From contig CAYOQK010000021.1 in the NCBI GenBank assembly GCA_964406105.1, positions 38,665 through 102,664 of the forward strand: a stretch of 64,000 nucleotides of DNA, in the 5' to 3' direction. Positions 38,445 to 48,775 of this stretch are shown piece after piece; the first letter of the stretch is position 1; the number at the start of each line of letters is the position of its first letter. The notes below the pieces were generated by a model. The model was given only the letters and a program-made list of their open reading frames with translations. It made no database searches and was not told the origin of the DNA. The stretch is from an uncultured bacterium. Lineage in GTDB: Bacteria; Hydrothermota; Hydrothermia; WGAB01. A program made the position numbers and the translations under genes.

Positions 38445-39733
38445 TGTGGGCCCTTTTGCTGAGCCTGTGGACCTGGTTTCCCGTGGAAACACCGGTACTG
38501 CCTATGGGCGAAGGGGATCCGTGGCTCTACCCGTGGTGGTACGCTCCTGAAGATGTGACAGAACAAGTGGTCCCCCTGTTTGACGTGCCCTGGCAACTCT
38601 GGGGAGAAGCCCTGCCCGTCGTCCCCCAGTTTTTGGCCCTCTCCCCCCTCTGGGTAACCCCCGGGGCCCTCTGGCAACTCCGCCCGTTGGAACTCCCGGA
38701 TTCCCTCCCCCAACCGGTCACCCACCTGTTCTCCCGACGCGGTACCCAGGAGTACACCCATCTGGGCGGGGTGTTTGCCCGGCCACTGGGATCTTGGCAG
38801 GTGCTCCTGGGGGCGGATTTCCGGGAACATCGGTGGCTGACCTATCCCCTGCGTCGGGAGGGATACGGAATAGAACTCCAGAGTTCAGGGTGGCACCTGT
38901 GGTACCGAAAGTTTGCCTCTCGGGGACTGTCTACCCTGTGGAGCCTGGATGTGAAACGGGCGGAGTTTCGCCATCCCGTAGGCCGCCTTACCCTGGTGGG
39001 AATGCGCCTGCCCTATCGGGTCAATTTCTACCGGGTACGGGTAACTACCCGCACGTGGCAACTGGAGGCCGAGGGGTGCCGGGGCCACGGTTTGGGTCGC
39101 CTCGTGTACAGGATCCCCCCGCCGATGGGGTTTTTGCATCTCACCGCAGGAGTTTCGGGAACAGGGCACCAGTGGTTCCCAGACCTCCAAGTGACCGTAG
39201 AAGGGCCCAGGTACCACTGGACCGCAGGCTATCGGGTGTGGAGCCGGGTGGATTCACTGCGCCAGCATCGCGTGTGGCCCAGGGCCTACTTGCAGATGTG
39301 GGGCCAAACCGGGCCCTGGGAGGCCTGGAGCGAAATCGCTTACAGCCGAGACCTGGAGGTGGAACAGGACCAAGCACTCCATCGCCTGGACCGGGCGATC
39401 ACCGGAGCGGCCGCGGTCCGGGTCCAAGGGCACTGGAAAGGGCTGGAACTTTCAGGGTTCGCAGCTGCCGCTGCCTACGCCGCAGAACAGGATACCGTGG
39501 GCCAATGGACTCTGCGACCGGAGGTCGGGTTCCCCCTGCGGGTGTACCAGGGGCGGGTGGGCTTCCGGCCGTGGTCAGCTCTGGTACTCACCAGCCGTCA
39601 TTGGCGTTGGGATGCGGGGGTGGCGTTGGATCTGTTCCGGAGCGTGCAAGGGGAGTTTCGGGCCGAGGGCCTGGTGTCCTCGGGGTCTCTGCGTCGCTAT
39701 ACCCTCCTCTTGGCGGTGGTGTTCCCTGATTGA
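38441..39733 (+). CDS. Hypothetical exported protein, probable outer-membrane beta-barrel
   Basis: Signal-like N-terminus and alternating hydrophobic/aromatic beta strands. Translationally coupled to ftsK. Confidence 0.55.
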   Translation: MMWALLLSLWTWFPVETPVLPMGEGDPWLYPWWYAPEDVTEQVVPLFDVPWQLWGEALPVVPQFLALSPLWVTPGALWQLRPLELPDSLPQPVTHLFSRRGTQEYTHLGGVFARPLGSWQVLLGADFREHRWLTYPLRREGYGIELQSSGWHLWYRKFASRGLSTLWSLDVKRAEFRHPVGRLTLVGMRLPYRVNFYRVRVTTRTWQLEAEGCRGHGLGRLVYRIPPPMGFLHLTAGVSGTGHQWFPDLQVTVEGPRYHWTAGYRVWSRVDSLRQHRVWPRAYLQMWGQTGPWEAWSEIAYSRDLEVEQDQALHRLDRAITGAAAVRVQGHWKGLELSGFAAAAAYAAEQDTVGQWTLRPEVGFPLRVYQGRVGFRPWSALVLTSRHWRWDAGVALDLFRSVQGEFRAEGLVSSGSLRRYTLLLAVVFPD

Positions 39734-39838
39734 AACCCACTGTGCAGAGCCTCACCGTTATGGATGAGGGGGGTTTACACCCTGATAAACCAGCGATCGG
39801 GCTGCCCCTTCCCGGAGCCATAAAAGCACCTTCACCGC

Positions 39839-42800
39839 CTAAGGCAGCACAAGCACCCGCTGGGTCCGTCGGATTTCGGGAGCCCTGAGGTGCAGGAAGT
39901 ACAGCCCCGGTGTAACCCGATGCCCCGAGGCATCGGTGAGATCCCAGGCGAGGGAGTGTACCCCTGGAGACAGGGCACCTTGGAACAGAGTGCGGACCCG
40001 CCGGCCGGTCACGTCGTACACCTCCAGAGCAAACCGGGCCGGTTCTGCCACCGTGACCGCCAGAGTGATGGGCCCTGGGGTGGGGTTCGGCAGAGGCGCC
40101 GCCAAGCCCCACTGCAGGGAGGGCACGGTGACAGAGGCTTGGATTCCCTTGGGTGAATGCCGCCACCAGGGGTTTTCCTCGGCGTTGCCAGTGTGGTAGA
40201 TGTCGTGTTGAGCCATGGGCCAGGCGTAGTCACTGGGCCCCAAGGATCCTGTGAGGTCAAACACGTACACCCGTTCCAGGCCCAGCACCACCAGTTCTGC
40301 GCCGCCATCCTGGTCCACATCGGCCACCACTGGGGTGGTTTTGATCTCGTTGTTCACGAAGATGGGGAACCCCGACACCACTTGACCTTCACTCCAAGCG
40401 TAAATGTACCCGTCACCGTGGATGCCAAAGACCTCATTGACGTTTTCCCCGGTGATATCGGCCAACACCGGTTGTGCGAAGTTCTGCAGTTGAGCAAACT
40501 GGAACAGCATGTCCCCTATGTTGTTCCCCAAGGTGTCCAGGGCCAGGATCTCTTCCTTGGTGGTGACCAAGAGTTCCAGTTGATCGTCGTTGTTGATGTC
40601 GGCCAAAGTGGGCAGGGTGTAGATGGATCCAGAAACGTTGATGCTCCGGGTGTAAAGGTTGGGCAGGAACTGGCCGGAGGCGTCCACGGTGCCTACGTAG
40701 TGGTAGGTGGTTAGATCGTCAACCTTGCGGCTCCATACGAAGGCGATCTCCAGGCCTGGACGGTACCGGTTAAAGTCCCCCAAGGCCACGCTGCTTTGGG
40801 AGTACTCGGTATATGAGGGGTGATGGACCAAAGGGAACCCTGGCATCGGGGTGCCATCGGGTTCAAGGGCCCAGAGGAATCCTGAGGAGGACACCGAGGT
40901 GACCACCACCTCGGGTTGGCCGTCTCCGTCCACGTCACCCACAGCAAGCCCGCCAGCATCCCAGTTGTAAGCACCCAGATTGGCAAAGAGGCCATCGCTA
41001 CCCGAAAGATACGGGGTGCCATCGCCGTGCCAGCACCATACCTTGCCGGACATGCCGTGGATGAGCACCTCGGGCTGACCGTCCTGATCCAAGTCGTAGA
41101 CCACAGGGCTGGCGTATGCTCCCATTCGGCTGACCTCCTGGCCCGGGGTACCCCCGCCGGTGAAATCCACCGGCCAACCACTAACCGGGGAGCCGTCCAC
41201 TTCAAAGGCATACACCCGGTCAATCATGCGTGGAGCCACCACGAGTTCCAACTGGCCATCTTGGTCCAGGTCCCCTAAGGCCACGCTGTTCCACACCTGG
41301 GCCGGAGGGTCCAGGTCTACGGGCCATCCGCTCACAGGCGTGCCATCGGCGTGGAAGGCATAGACCTTGCCTGTGCTGGTGCCGAAGAGGATCTCCAAGC
41401 CAGGATACGAGGGGTCAAAATCGGCCACCACCGGGTGGTGGGACTCGCCCCCGCCCTCGTAGGTCACCGGCCATCCTGGAAGAAGCGGGGGTTGTGTGGT
41501 GCCTGTGGCCTCATAACTCGGGACGCTGGCATTCCAGTATTGGTCCACCGTCACGATCCGATACCTGGCGGTTTCTCCAAAGGACACCTGGGGATCAATG
41601 TACTCGGCGTGAGGCCAAAGATTGAAGGTCAACCGCTCCCAGGTTCCCCGTTGATCGTTGAGCCGGAACACCAGGTACCCCCGAGCCAGGTACACCGAGG
41701 ACCAGTGTACCCGTACTCCCTCGGGGTGGGGATCCACCCGCACGTTGGCCGGTGGTGAGACATCGCGGTTGGCATGGAGCAAGGTGGTATCACCTCGGCC
41801 CCGTTCCTCGTGGAGTGTCCAGTTTTCCCGGATCCAGAAGAGGTTGGTGTGCAGTTTCCTCACCCGTACCGGAGCGTGGAACAAGGTGTCAAAGTGCAGA
41901 GCCTGGGCCGGCAAGAAACCCAGGAAATACATGGTATCCAACACCTCGGTAAAGGTGGAAGCAGCTTGGACCCGGATCCAGAGATTGCGGGCATCGTCGT
42001 GGCCGAGGTTGACAATCTCGGGCCAAAGGAACAGGGTGTCCCCGGAGATCTTCCGGTAGATCCGAACGATCCTGGGACGGGCAGCTTGAACCCACATCTT
42101 GAGGGTATCACAGGGGCCGACCTCTGGGGTGAGGGTGTCGGTGCGCACGCTTGCCGGATCCACCACTACAGCGAACTTCAGGTACTGGGCATCCGGGGTT
42201 TCAGGCACCAGGTATAGGGGAAACACCGCCTCCACCGTGTCACCGGAAAACACAGGCCCCACAGATACCGAATCCACCGGCAACAGAGCGTAGGGATGCA
42301 GGGGTACCAGCCGCACTGTAGCTCCGGCAAGGGGCTCGGTTCCAAGGAGGGTGAAGCGGAGGTGCACCTGTACGGATTCCGCAGCCTCAGGGATGCCGTC
42401 TCCGTCGCCATACCCATGATCGTCATAGTCCACCCCTACCCAATGGAGCACGGCTCCCTGGGCCTCTACGGGGATACGTCGCAATACCGGTACGAAACCG
42501 TTGGCTGTTACGGTGATCCGAACCGAGTCCGCTGTGGAGAGATACAGGGGGATTCGGGCCCAACCCTGGGCATCCGTGTAAACCCGCTGGTACAGGTTCC
42601 CCCCGGGTTGCCACAGGACCACGGCTGCCTGGGGCAGCGGTTCCTGGTTGTCGGCGTTTCTTACCTGGATCTCCAGGGTATCCCAACCTATACGCAGAGA
42701 GGCGGGGATGGAAACGGCCAAGGTGCGGGGTGCCCCAACCCAAACGGGCAGGGCAGGGTCGCCCAGGAGCGTTTTGGACAAGTAAATGTAGCGCTTGGTG

Positions 42801-44527
42801 GTGTTCCCTGAAACGGCCCAGAGGTGTTTGGTAAGGTAGAAGAGGCCCAAACCCAACACAGGCGCCGGGCTTTCAAAGAAGGCCCGGAAAAAGAGCTGGT
42901 TCATGAAGAGATCGCTATAGGGATAGTCCAAGCGCACCGTGGCGATGCCCCCCACGATGCCGTTCTCGGTGCCCACCAGCAGGTATTCCAGAATGCTGGT
43001 TTTGTCCCATCCTCCGCTGTGGCAGGTGGCGAGTTGGAGGATGGGCCATTGGTACCGGTTGGCCAGCAACTGGATCTCTGGGATGCCGAAGGGAATGTAC
43101 GGCTCTTTGTTCACCGCGAAGAAGGGGTAACTGCCGTGGGCCTCTACGAACATCAGACTCGCCCCTTGATTCACAGCGTTAACGAACTCTTCCACCGTGG
43201 TTTGATGGGTTTCGGTTTCGTACACACGCCTCCGCTCCAGCCATGTGGGGATGGCCTCGGCCACCCGCTCTGCCACTTTGTAACCCCAACCGTTGGAACG
43301 ATCTAAGTACGAGGCCGCCAGGATGACGTGGTTGAGGTATTCCGTGTTCATGAACAGCGAGTCGCCACCGGGCATGGTGCTATGGACCAGCACCTTCCAC
43401 ACGAAGCGCTCTGCCTGTTCCGGTGTGTTCAGTGGAACCCGCCCCACCAGGAGTTCTGGAAACATGTCCACTGAGTCTGCCCACTCCCCGATGAGATCAT
43501 CCCCGTCCCTGTTCCAATTGCCATCCAGATTGGCATAGAACCAGTCCGAGGGCGGGGTCCAGTCCGTATAGTTGCCGTGGGGGAGGGGGTGGTAGATCGT
43601 TTGATAGGGGACGAAGTCGGCATCCCCAGCCAGCAGCACGTACTGGATCCCCCAGGTTTGGTAAGCCTCCCGAAGGAAGTTGCGGATCTGGTCTGCCGAG
43701 TTTCGGCCGGAATAGTGGCTGAGGATCCAATCCACCGTATAGATGGCCGTGGGCAGGCCCCAAGCGGTGTGGAAGTCAGCCAGGGGCTGAAGGGCAGGTA
43801 CAAAGGCTGTATCGGTGACGATGAGATAGGCATAGGGTCCCCTGTCCAGTTGACGGGCATGGGGCTGGGCCAGGTGGACCTGGCTTAAGGGTACCTCGGG
43901 GATGTGGGGCCGGTATGTGGCCAAGGCCTCGGGGTTATCCACCAGGTGCGCCACGAAGGTGTCCAGCACGTGGCGGACGCCGGCCACCGCCTGGCGGGGC
44001 ACCATCCCGGGTTTCCGGGCCGGCCGTGTGTGTACCGTGAAGGTCAGGTGAGTGGCCACCTCCACGGTGCCACTCACGGGGTCAAAGCGAACGGGGTTCA
44101 CCTGTAGCACCGCAATCCGGTACCCTCCCAGGTTCCCCGTGGTGATCAGTTCCACCACCTGCGAGGGAAAGGGATGGGTTCCGTGGTAGATCTCCGGCTT
44201 AGGGGCTGCTGTGGGCACAGCGGGCCCTCCGATGTAGGTCTCGGTTTGGGTGGGCTCAGGGATTCCCTTGGCCAGAAAAGCGAATTCCAGCGATTGGATT
44301 TCCACTTGATCCGCCTCGGTTCCAGGGGGGAGCAGCAGGTTCACCCCCACGGAGGGCAAGGCGGGTTCGCCCGACCGGGTATTGATGGCCGCATCAGGGT
44401 GAGAAATGCGGATCCAGCCTTGTGGGGTGTGCGAAACCGTGAACTCGGAGGGTTGGAAGGAAAGGGTGTAAGTGACACCGGCAAAAAGGCTCCCTGCGCT
44501 CAAGAGGAGCGGCAAAAAAGCACGCAT
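39839..44527 (-). CDS. C25 (gingipain-family) cysteine peptidase with propeptide, FN3-like, FG-GAP propeller and FlgD-Ig/T9SS-type C-terminal domain
   Basis: SD GGAGGT and signal peptide. YVLLAGDAD, SDWFYA, VGRVP, AHGS (His), LATCHSG (Cys), LLGDPAL. GWPV/DLDQDG repeats. PNPT..VYDVTGRRVRTL..WDLTD..PGLYFLHL. Confidence 0.9.
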   Translation of the reverse strand: MRAFLPLLLSAGSLFAGVTYTLSFQPSEFTVSHTPQGWIRISHPDAAINTRSGEPALPSVGVNLLLPPGTEADQVEIQSLEFAFLAKGIPEPTQTETYIGGPAVPTAAPKPEIYHGTHPFPSQVVELITTGNLGGYRIAVLQVNPVRFDPVSGTVEVATHLTFTVHTRPARKPGMVPRQAVAGVRHVLDTFVAHLVDNPEALATYRPHIPEVPLSQVHLAQPHARQLDRGPYAYLIVTDTAFVPALQPLADFHTAWGLPTAIYTVDWILSHYSGRNSADQIRNFLREAYQTWGIQYVLLAGDADFVPYQTIYHPLPHGNYTDWTPPSDWFYANLDGNWNRDGDDLIGEWADSVDMFPELLVGRVPLNTPEQAERFVWKVLVHSTMPGGDSLFMNTEYLNHVILAASYLDRSNGWGYKVAERVAEAIPTWLERRRVYETETHQTTVEEFVNAVNQGASLMFVEAHGSYPFFAVNKEPYIPFGIPEIQLLANRYQWPILQLATCHSGGWDKTSILEYLLVGTENGIVGGIATVRLDYPYSDLFMNQLFFRAFFESPAPVLGLGLFYLTKHLWAVSGNTTKRYIYLSKTLLGDPALPVWVGAPRTLAVSIPASLRIGWDTLEIQVRNADNQEPLPQAAVVLWQPGGNLYQRVYTDAQGWARIPLYLSTADSVRITVTANGFVPVLRRIPVEAQGAVLHWVGVDYDDHGYGDGDGIPEAAESVQVHLRFTLLGTEPLAGATVRLVPLHPYALLPVDSVSVGPVFSGDTVEAVFPLYLVPETPDAQYLKFAVVVDPASVRTDTLTPEVGPCDTLKMWVQAARPRIVRIYRKISGDTLFLWPEIVNLGHDDARNLWIRVQAASTFTEVLDTMYFLGFLPAQALHFDTLFHAPVRVRKLHTNLFWIRENWTLHEERGRGDTTLLHANRDVSPPANVRVDPHPEGVRVHWSSVYLARGYLVFRLNDQRGTWERLTFNLWPHAEYIDPQVSFGETARYRIVTVDQYWNASVPSYEATGTTQPPLLPGWPVTYEGGGESHHPVVADFDPSYPGLEILFGTSTGKVYAFHADGTPVSGWPVDLDPPAQVWNSVALGDLDQDGQLELVVAPRMIDRVYAFEVDGSPVSGWPVDFTGGGTPGQEVSRMGAYASPVVYDLDQDGQPEVLIHGMSGKVWCWHGDGTPYLSGSDGLFANLGAYNWDAGGLAVGDVDGDGQPEVVVTSVSSSGFLWALEPDGTPMPGFPLVHHPSYTEYSQSSVALGDFNRYRPGLEIAFVWSRKVDDLTTYHYVGTVDASGQFLPNLYTRSINVSGSIYTLPTLADINNDDQLELLVTTKEEILALDTLGNNIGDMLFQFAQLQNFAQPVLADITGENVNEVFGIHGDGYIYAWSEGQVVSGFPIFVNNEIKTTPVVADVDQDGGAELVVLGLERVYVFDLTGSLGPSDYAWPMAQHDIYHTGNAEENPWWRHSPKGIQASVTVPSLQWGLAAPLPNPTPGPITLAVTVAEPARFALEVYDVTGRRVRTLFQGALSPGVHSLAWDLTDASGHRVTPGLYFLHLRAPEIRRTQRVLVLP

Positions 44528-44611
44528 AAACCCACCTCCAGATAAACGTTCCGAATAGCGTCCGGTTAGGGGGGACGCCCGTTCAGTAAGAGCCACCTGT
44601 GTGTGCTAAGA

Positions 44612-44935
44612 TTAAGCCGATCCGGGGTGGATTTCCAGGACTTGGATCCGGGTGGCTTCCTGCCGGTGTCCCTTTTTGCGGCGATAGTTCTTGCGGCGTT
44701 TGTATTTGAAAACGATGACTTTAGGCTGTTTGAAGGTCTCCAACACCCGTGCCCTGACGTAGGCGCCGGACACATAGGGGTTTCCAACCTTCATGTGGTC
44801 GCCATCGCGAACGTAGAGGACCGATTTCAAGAGGATCTCCTCGCCTTCGTTGGCGTGGATCTTTGGAACTTCCAGGGTTTGTCCTTCTTGGGCCAGGAAT
44901 TGAAAGCCTTTGATTTCCACGTATGCGTACTTCAT
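44612..44935 (-). CDS. rplU: 50S ribosomal protein L21
   Basis: YAYVEIKGFQF, KVIVFKYKRRKNYRRKKGHRQ. Confidence 0.97.
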   Translation of the reverse strand: MKYAYVEIKGFQFLAQEGQTLEVPKIHANEGEEILLKSVLYVRDGDHMKVGNPYVSGAYVRARVLETFKQPKVIVFKYKRRKNYRRKKGHRQEATRIQVLEIHPGSA

Positions 44936-45270
44936 TGCCCTTCTCCTTGTTGCGTTTGCTCAGGGGCCTGGAGGGGTTGCAGGGGTAAGGTTTGTTGCTG
45001 TTGCTGCAGGGCACGTTCAATGGCCGTCCCCGCCACCCGGTGGGGAGAGTTCATCAGGGAAAGGACCAGGGAAAGAACGAGATACAAGCCGCCCAGGACG
45101 GCAGTGAGTTTGGTAAAGAAGGTGGGGGCACCACGAACCCCCAGGATATTCTCTACGCCTCCGCCACCGAGGGCTGCGGTCAGGCCGCCGCCTCGGGGTT
45201 GCTGCACCAGGATCACCGCGATCAGGAGCAGCACGATCACCAGGTAGATCATGAGCAAAAGGGCCATCAT
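44932..45270 (-). CDS. secG: Preprotein translocase subunit SecG
   Basis: VILVQQPRGGGL..ALGGG..KLTAVL. Confidence 0.93.
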   Translation of the reverse strand: MMALLLMIYLVIVLLLIAVILVQQPRGGGLTAALGGGGVENILGVRGAPTFFTKLTAVLGGLYLVLSLVLSLMNSPHRVAGTAIERALQQQQQTLPLQPLQAPEQTQQGEGQ

Positions 45271-45283
45271 CGCAGTCTTCTCC

Positions 45284-46054
45284 TTACGCCCCGGAAAAAC
45301 GGGCGCGCTTGATTATAGCGGCAAAGGAATCGGCCTTCAAGGAAGCCCCACCCACCAGGGCACCATCAATATCGGGCTGTTCCGAGAGCCCGGCGATGTT
45401 CTCGGGCTTTACGCTGCCCCCGTACAGGATGGGAATCTCCTCGGCCCGAGCGCCCATCTCGGCCAGGATCCGCCGCACGTGGGCGTGCATCTCCTGGGCC
45501 TGTTCAGGTGTGGCCGTGTGGCCGGTCCCGATGGCCCATACCGGCTCGTAGGCGATCAGCACCCGTTGGAGATCCTCCGGCGAAAGGCCCTGAAGGGATG
45601 CCCGCACCTGTTGTTCCACCACTTCTAAGGCGCGGCCTCCTTGCCGTTCCTCCAGCGTTTCACCCACACACACCACAGGGGTCAGCCCATGGTCCAGGGC
45701 TGCTCGCACCTTGCGGGCTACGAACTCGTTGGTTTCCCCGAAGAGATGTCGTCGTTCGGAGTGGCCCAGAATCACAAAGTCCACGGCCAGATCCTGCAGC
45801 ATCACAGGGGAGATTTCACCCGTGAACGCCCCCTTCTCCGCGGGGTAAAGGTTCTGGGCACCCAGCAGGAAGGAGGCCCGGAGTTCGGTGCGGACCTGTA
45901 GAGCGGTTTCCAGGGCCGTAAAGGGAGGAGCGAAGCCGAAACGCACCGGGCCCGAGTACCCTTGAAGGGCCTTGTGGAAAGCCTCCAGGGTGGTGCGGGT
46001 TTCGGCCCGGGTTTTGTGCATCTTCCAATTGCCCAGAATATGGGGGATTCTCAT
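45284..46054 (-). CDS. tpiA: Triosephosphate isomerase
   Basis: [46 protein letters not shown]. Confidence 0.98.
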   Translation of the reverse strand: MRIPHILGNWKMHKTRAETRTTLEAFHKALQGYSGPVRFGFAPPFTALETALQVRTELRASFLLGAQNLYPAEKGAFTGEISPVMLQDLAVDFVILGHSERRHLFGETNEFVARKVRAALDHGLTPVVCVGETLEERQGGRALEVVEQQVRASLQGLSPEDLQRVLIAYEPVWAIGTGHTATPEQAQEMHAHVRRILAEMGARAEEIPILYGGSVKPENIAGLSEQPDIDGALVGGASLKADSFAAIIKRARFSGA

Positions 46055-47082
46055 GATGTGGCCTCCGGTGTGGGTTCTATACCGAGAGCCTTGAGGATCT
46101 CGTGTTCCAGGGCCCGGGCCACCTCAGGGTGTTCCTTCAGGTACAGGCGGGCACGTTCGGCCCCCTGCCCCAGTTGCTTGTCGCCCCAGGAGTACCAGGC
46201 CCCCGAACGCTTCAGAATCCCGGTTTTCAGTCCCAGATCCAGGAGTTCTGCCTCCCGGGAGATGCCTTCGCCGTAGATGATTTCAAACTCGGCTTCGCGG
46301 AACGGCGGGGCCAGTTTGTTCTTGACCACCTTTACCCGCACCTTATTGCCAATGATCTGATCGCCGGCCTTCACGGCGCCGATGCGGCGGATGTCCAGCC
46401 GTACGGAGGCGTGGAACTTCAGGGCCAATCCTCCAGGGGTGGTTTCGGGGCTGCCGTAGCTTTGCCCGATCTTCATCCGTACCTGGTTAATGAAGATGGC
46501 GCAGGTGTTGGACTTGGAAAGCACGCCTACGAGTTTCCGCATGGCTTTGGCCATCAGCCGGGCTTGGAGCCCCACCTGGGAGTCGCCCATTTCGCCGGTG
46601 ATCTCTGCGGTGGGCACGAGGGCCGCCACGGAGTCCACCACGATCAGGTCTACGGCACCGCTTCGGACCAAGGTTTCGGCGATGTCCAGCGCCTGTTCCC
46701 CGGATTCGGGCTGGGAGATCAGCAGGTTGTCCAAGTCCACCCCCAACTGGCGGGCGTACTGGGGGTCCAGGGCGTGTTCGGCGTCAATGAAGGCTGCAAT
46801 GCCGCCTTCTCGCTGCACATTGGCGATGGCATGCAGGGCCAAAGTGGTTTTTCCAGAGGCCTCTGGCCCGTAGATTTCCACGATTCGGCCTCGGGGATAG
46901 CCCCCCACGCCCAAGGCGATGTCCAGCGAAAGGGACCCTGTGGGGATCACGGGCACGCGTACCCGGGCCCGTTCTCCCAGCCGCATGACGGCCCCTTTGC
47001 CAAATTGCTTTTCAATCTGTTGAATGGCGGCCTGCAGGCTTTTAAACCGTTCCTCCTGCTCTTTGCTCTTTTTTTCTGCCAT
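46051..47082 (-). CDS. recA: Recombinase RecA
   Basis: [48 protein letters not shown] 47082 with SD AGGAGGT. Confidence 0.98.
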   Translation of the reverse strand: MAEKKSKEQEERFKSLQAAIQQIEKQFGKGAVMRLGERARVRVPVIPTGSLSLDIALGVGGYPRGRIVEIYGPEASGKTTLALHAIANVQREGGIAAFIDAEHALDPQYARQLGVDLDNLLISQPESGEQALDIAETLVRSGAVDLIVVDSVAALVPTAEITGEMGDSQVGLQARLMAKAMRKLVGVLSKSNTCAIFINQVRMKIGQSYGSPETTPGGLALKFHASVRLDIRRIGAVKAGDQIIGNKVRVKVVKNKLAPPFREAEFEIIYGEGISREAELLDLGLKTGILKRSGAWYSWGDKQLGQGAERARLYLKEHPEVARALEHEILKALGIEPTPEATS

Positions 47083-47095
47083 AGAGATGCACCTC

Positions 47096-47656
47096 CTATC
47101 GTTCCACCTTCGGGGGCACCACACCCCGCTGGGCCTGGTACTTCCCCTTGCGATCTTTGTAACTGATGCGGCACTCCTCGTCGGCCTCCAAAAAGATCAA
47201 CTGGGCAATGCCCTCGTTGGCGTAGATCTTGGCCGGCAGGGGAGTGGTATTGGAGATTTCAATGGTCAGGTGTCCCTCCCATTCGGGTTCTAAGGGGGTG
47301 ATGTTCACCACGATGCCACAGCGGGCATAGGTGGATTTTCCCAGGCAGATCCCCATGACTCCGCGGGGAATCCGGAAGTACTCCACACTGCGGGCCAAGC
47401 AAAAGGAATTGGGAGGGATGATGCACTCCTCGCCTTTGAAGTCCACGAGGGACCGAGGGTCAAAGTTCTTCGGGTCCACCACACTGCCCCATACGTTGGT
47501 GAAGATCTTGAACTCGTCCGCCACTCGGATATCGTAGCCATAGGAGGAGAGGCCGTAGGAGATCCGGCCCTCACGGATGAGCCGGGGTTCAAAGGGCTCA
47601 ATCATCCGGTGCCTTTCGCACATCTCTTGGATCCAGCGATCGTTTTTCAGTCCCAT
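47096..47656 (-). CDS. dcd: dCTP deaminase
   Basis: [39 protein letters not shown]. Start moved to ATG 47656. Confidence 0.95.
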   Translation of the reverse strand: MGLKNDRWIQEMCERHRMIEPFEPRLIREGRISYGLSSYGYDIRVADEFKIFTNVWGSVVDPKNFDPRSLVDFKGEECIIPPNSFCLARSVEYFRIPRGVMGICLGKSTYARCGIVVNITPLEPEWEGHLTIEISNTTPLPAKIYANEGIAQLIFLEADEECRISYKDRKGKYQAQRGVVPPKVER

Positions 47657-47663
47657 GGCGGCA

Positions 47664-47694
47664 ATTTTAGGGGCATTCGGGGCGGCTGTAAAAT
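47664..47694. promoter_or_regulatory. Overlapping divergent sigma70 promoters for dcd and holB, both leaderless
   Basis: Minus: TTTACA(47692-47687)-17-TAAAAT(47669-47664)-7-ATG. Plus: TTTAGG(47666-47671)-17-TAAAAT(47689-47694)-7-ATG. Confidence 0.75.
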
Positions 47695-47701
47695 CACCAA
47701 A

Positions 47702-48763
47702 ATGGCGGTGCGATACGAGTTTTCCGGGGTCGTGGGCCAAGCGCCCGCCAAGCGGATCCTGGTGGCTGCACTGCAGACCGGCCGGGTGGCGCCTGCATAC
47801 CTGTTGGAAGGTCCTCCAGGGGTGGGCAAGGCCTCGCTGGCCCTGGCCTTTGCCCAAGCCCTGAACTGTACCCATCCCCACCGTCGCCCCTGTGGCGAGG
47901 GTGCAGTGTGTCGCCGCATCGCCCAGTTCCAGTTCCCTGACCTGTGGCCTTTGGTCCCCGATCGGGTGCGCCACGAGCCCTTAGGGGTAGAGGGCTGGAT
48001 CCGGCCACCGGGGTTTCACCCCACCCTCAAGATCTCCATTGATCAGGTGCGGGAGGTGGAACAGGAGATCAGCCGTCCTCCGGTGGAGGGTCGCCGGCGC
48101 GTGGTGCTCGTCCTGAATGCCGAAAACCTCACCCTGGAGGCCCAAAACGCCCTGTTGAAGGTGCTGGAAGAACCCCCTGAGCACACGGTATTCCTGCTGG
48201 TGAGTTCCAGCCCCACTGCAGTGCTGCCCACCATCCGGTCACGGTGTCGGACCCTACGGTTTACTGCGCTCTCGCAAGAGGAGTTTCGCCAGATCCCCTG
48301 GCCCACCGACCGAGTGCCCATCACCACGCTGTACCGGCTTTCTGGTGGGCGTCCGGGGACCGCCCGGCTCCTGTTGGAGCGGGCAGTACTCTCGCTGCGG
48401 AATGAGCTTTTGGACCGATGGCATGAGCAGGGGGTGCCAGGCCTGCTGGAGTTCCTTCATCTCAACGTTGGGGACCGTCAAGAGGCTCATACCCTCCTTT
48501 GGCTGTTGGCTCAGGTGGCCCGTGATCTGCTGCTGCTGAAGCTGGGATTGGAGCATCTGGTGGCCAACGTGGACCGCTTGGAAACGCTGCAGGCGCTGGC
48601 AAGCCGGGTTTCAGAAGCTGCTTTAGAAGGGCTTTTCCGAGAGATCCAAGAAGTGGACACGGCTTTCGCACGGAACATTGGGGCCCGAGCTGCTACACTC
48701 AGCGCCTTGGCTCCCTTGGTTCCTCCCTCATACCTGGACGTCCTGCCCCGTGGAGGACCGTAG
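47702..48763 (+). CDS. holB: DNA polymerase III delta' subunit
   Basis: [41 protein letters not shown]. Confidence 0.92.
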   Translation: MAVRYEFSGVVGQAPAKRILVAALQTGRVAPAYLLEGPPGVGKASLALAFAQALNCTHPHRRPCGEGAVCRRIAQFQFPDLWPLVPDRVRHEPLGVEGWIRPPGFHPTLKISIDQVREVEQEISRPPVEGRRRVVLVLNAENLTLEAQNALLKVLEEPPEHTVFLLVSSSPTAVLPTIRSRCRTLRFTALSQEEFRQIPWPTDRVPITTLYRLSGGRPGTARLLLERAVLSLRNELLDRWHEQGVPGLLEFLHLNVGDRQEAHTLLWLLAQVARDLLLLKLGLEHLVANVDRLETLQALASRVSEAALEGLFREIQEVDTAFARNIGARAATLSALAPLVPPSYLDVLPRGGP

Positions 48764-48775
48764 CGCAGGTCTATC

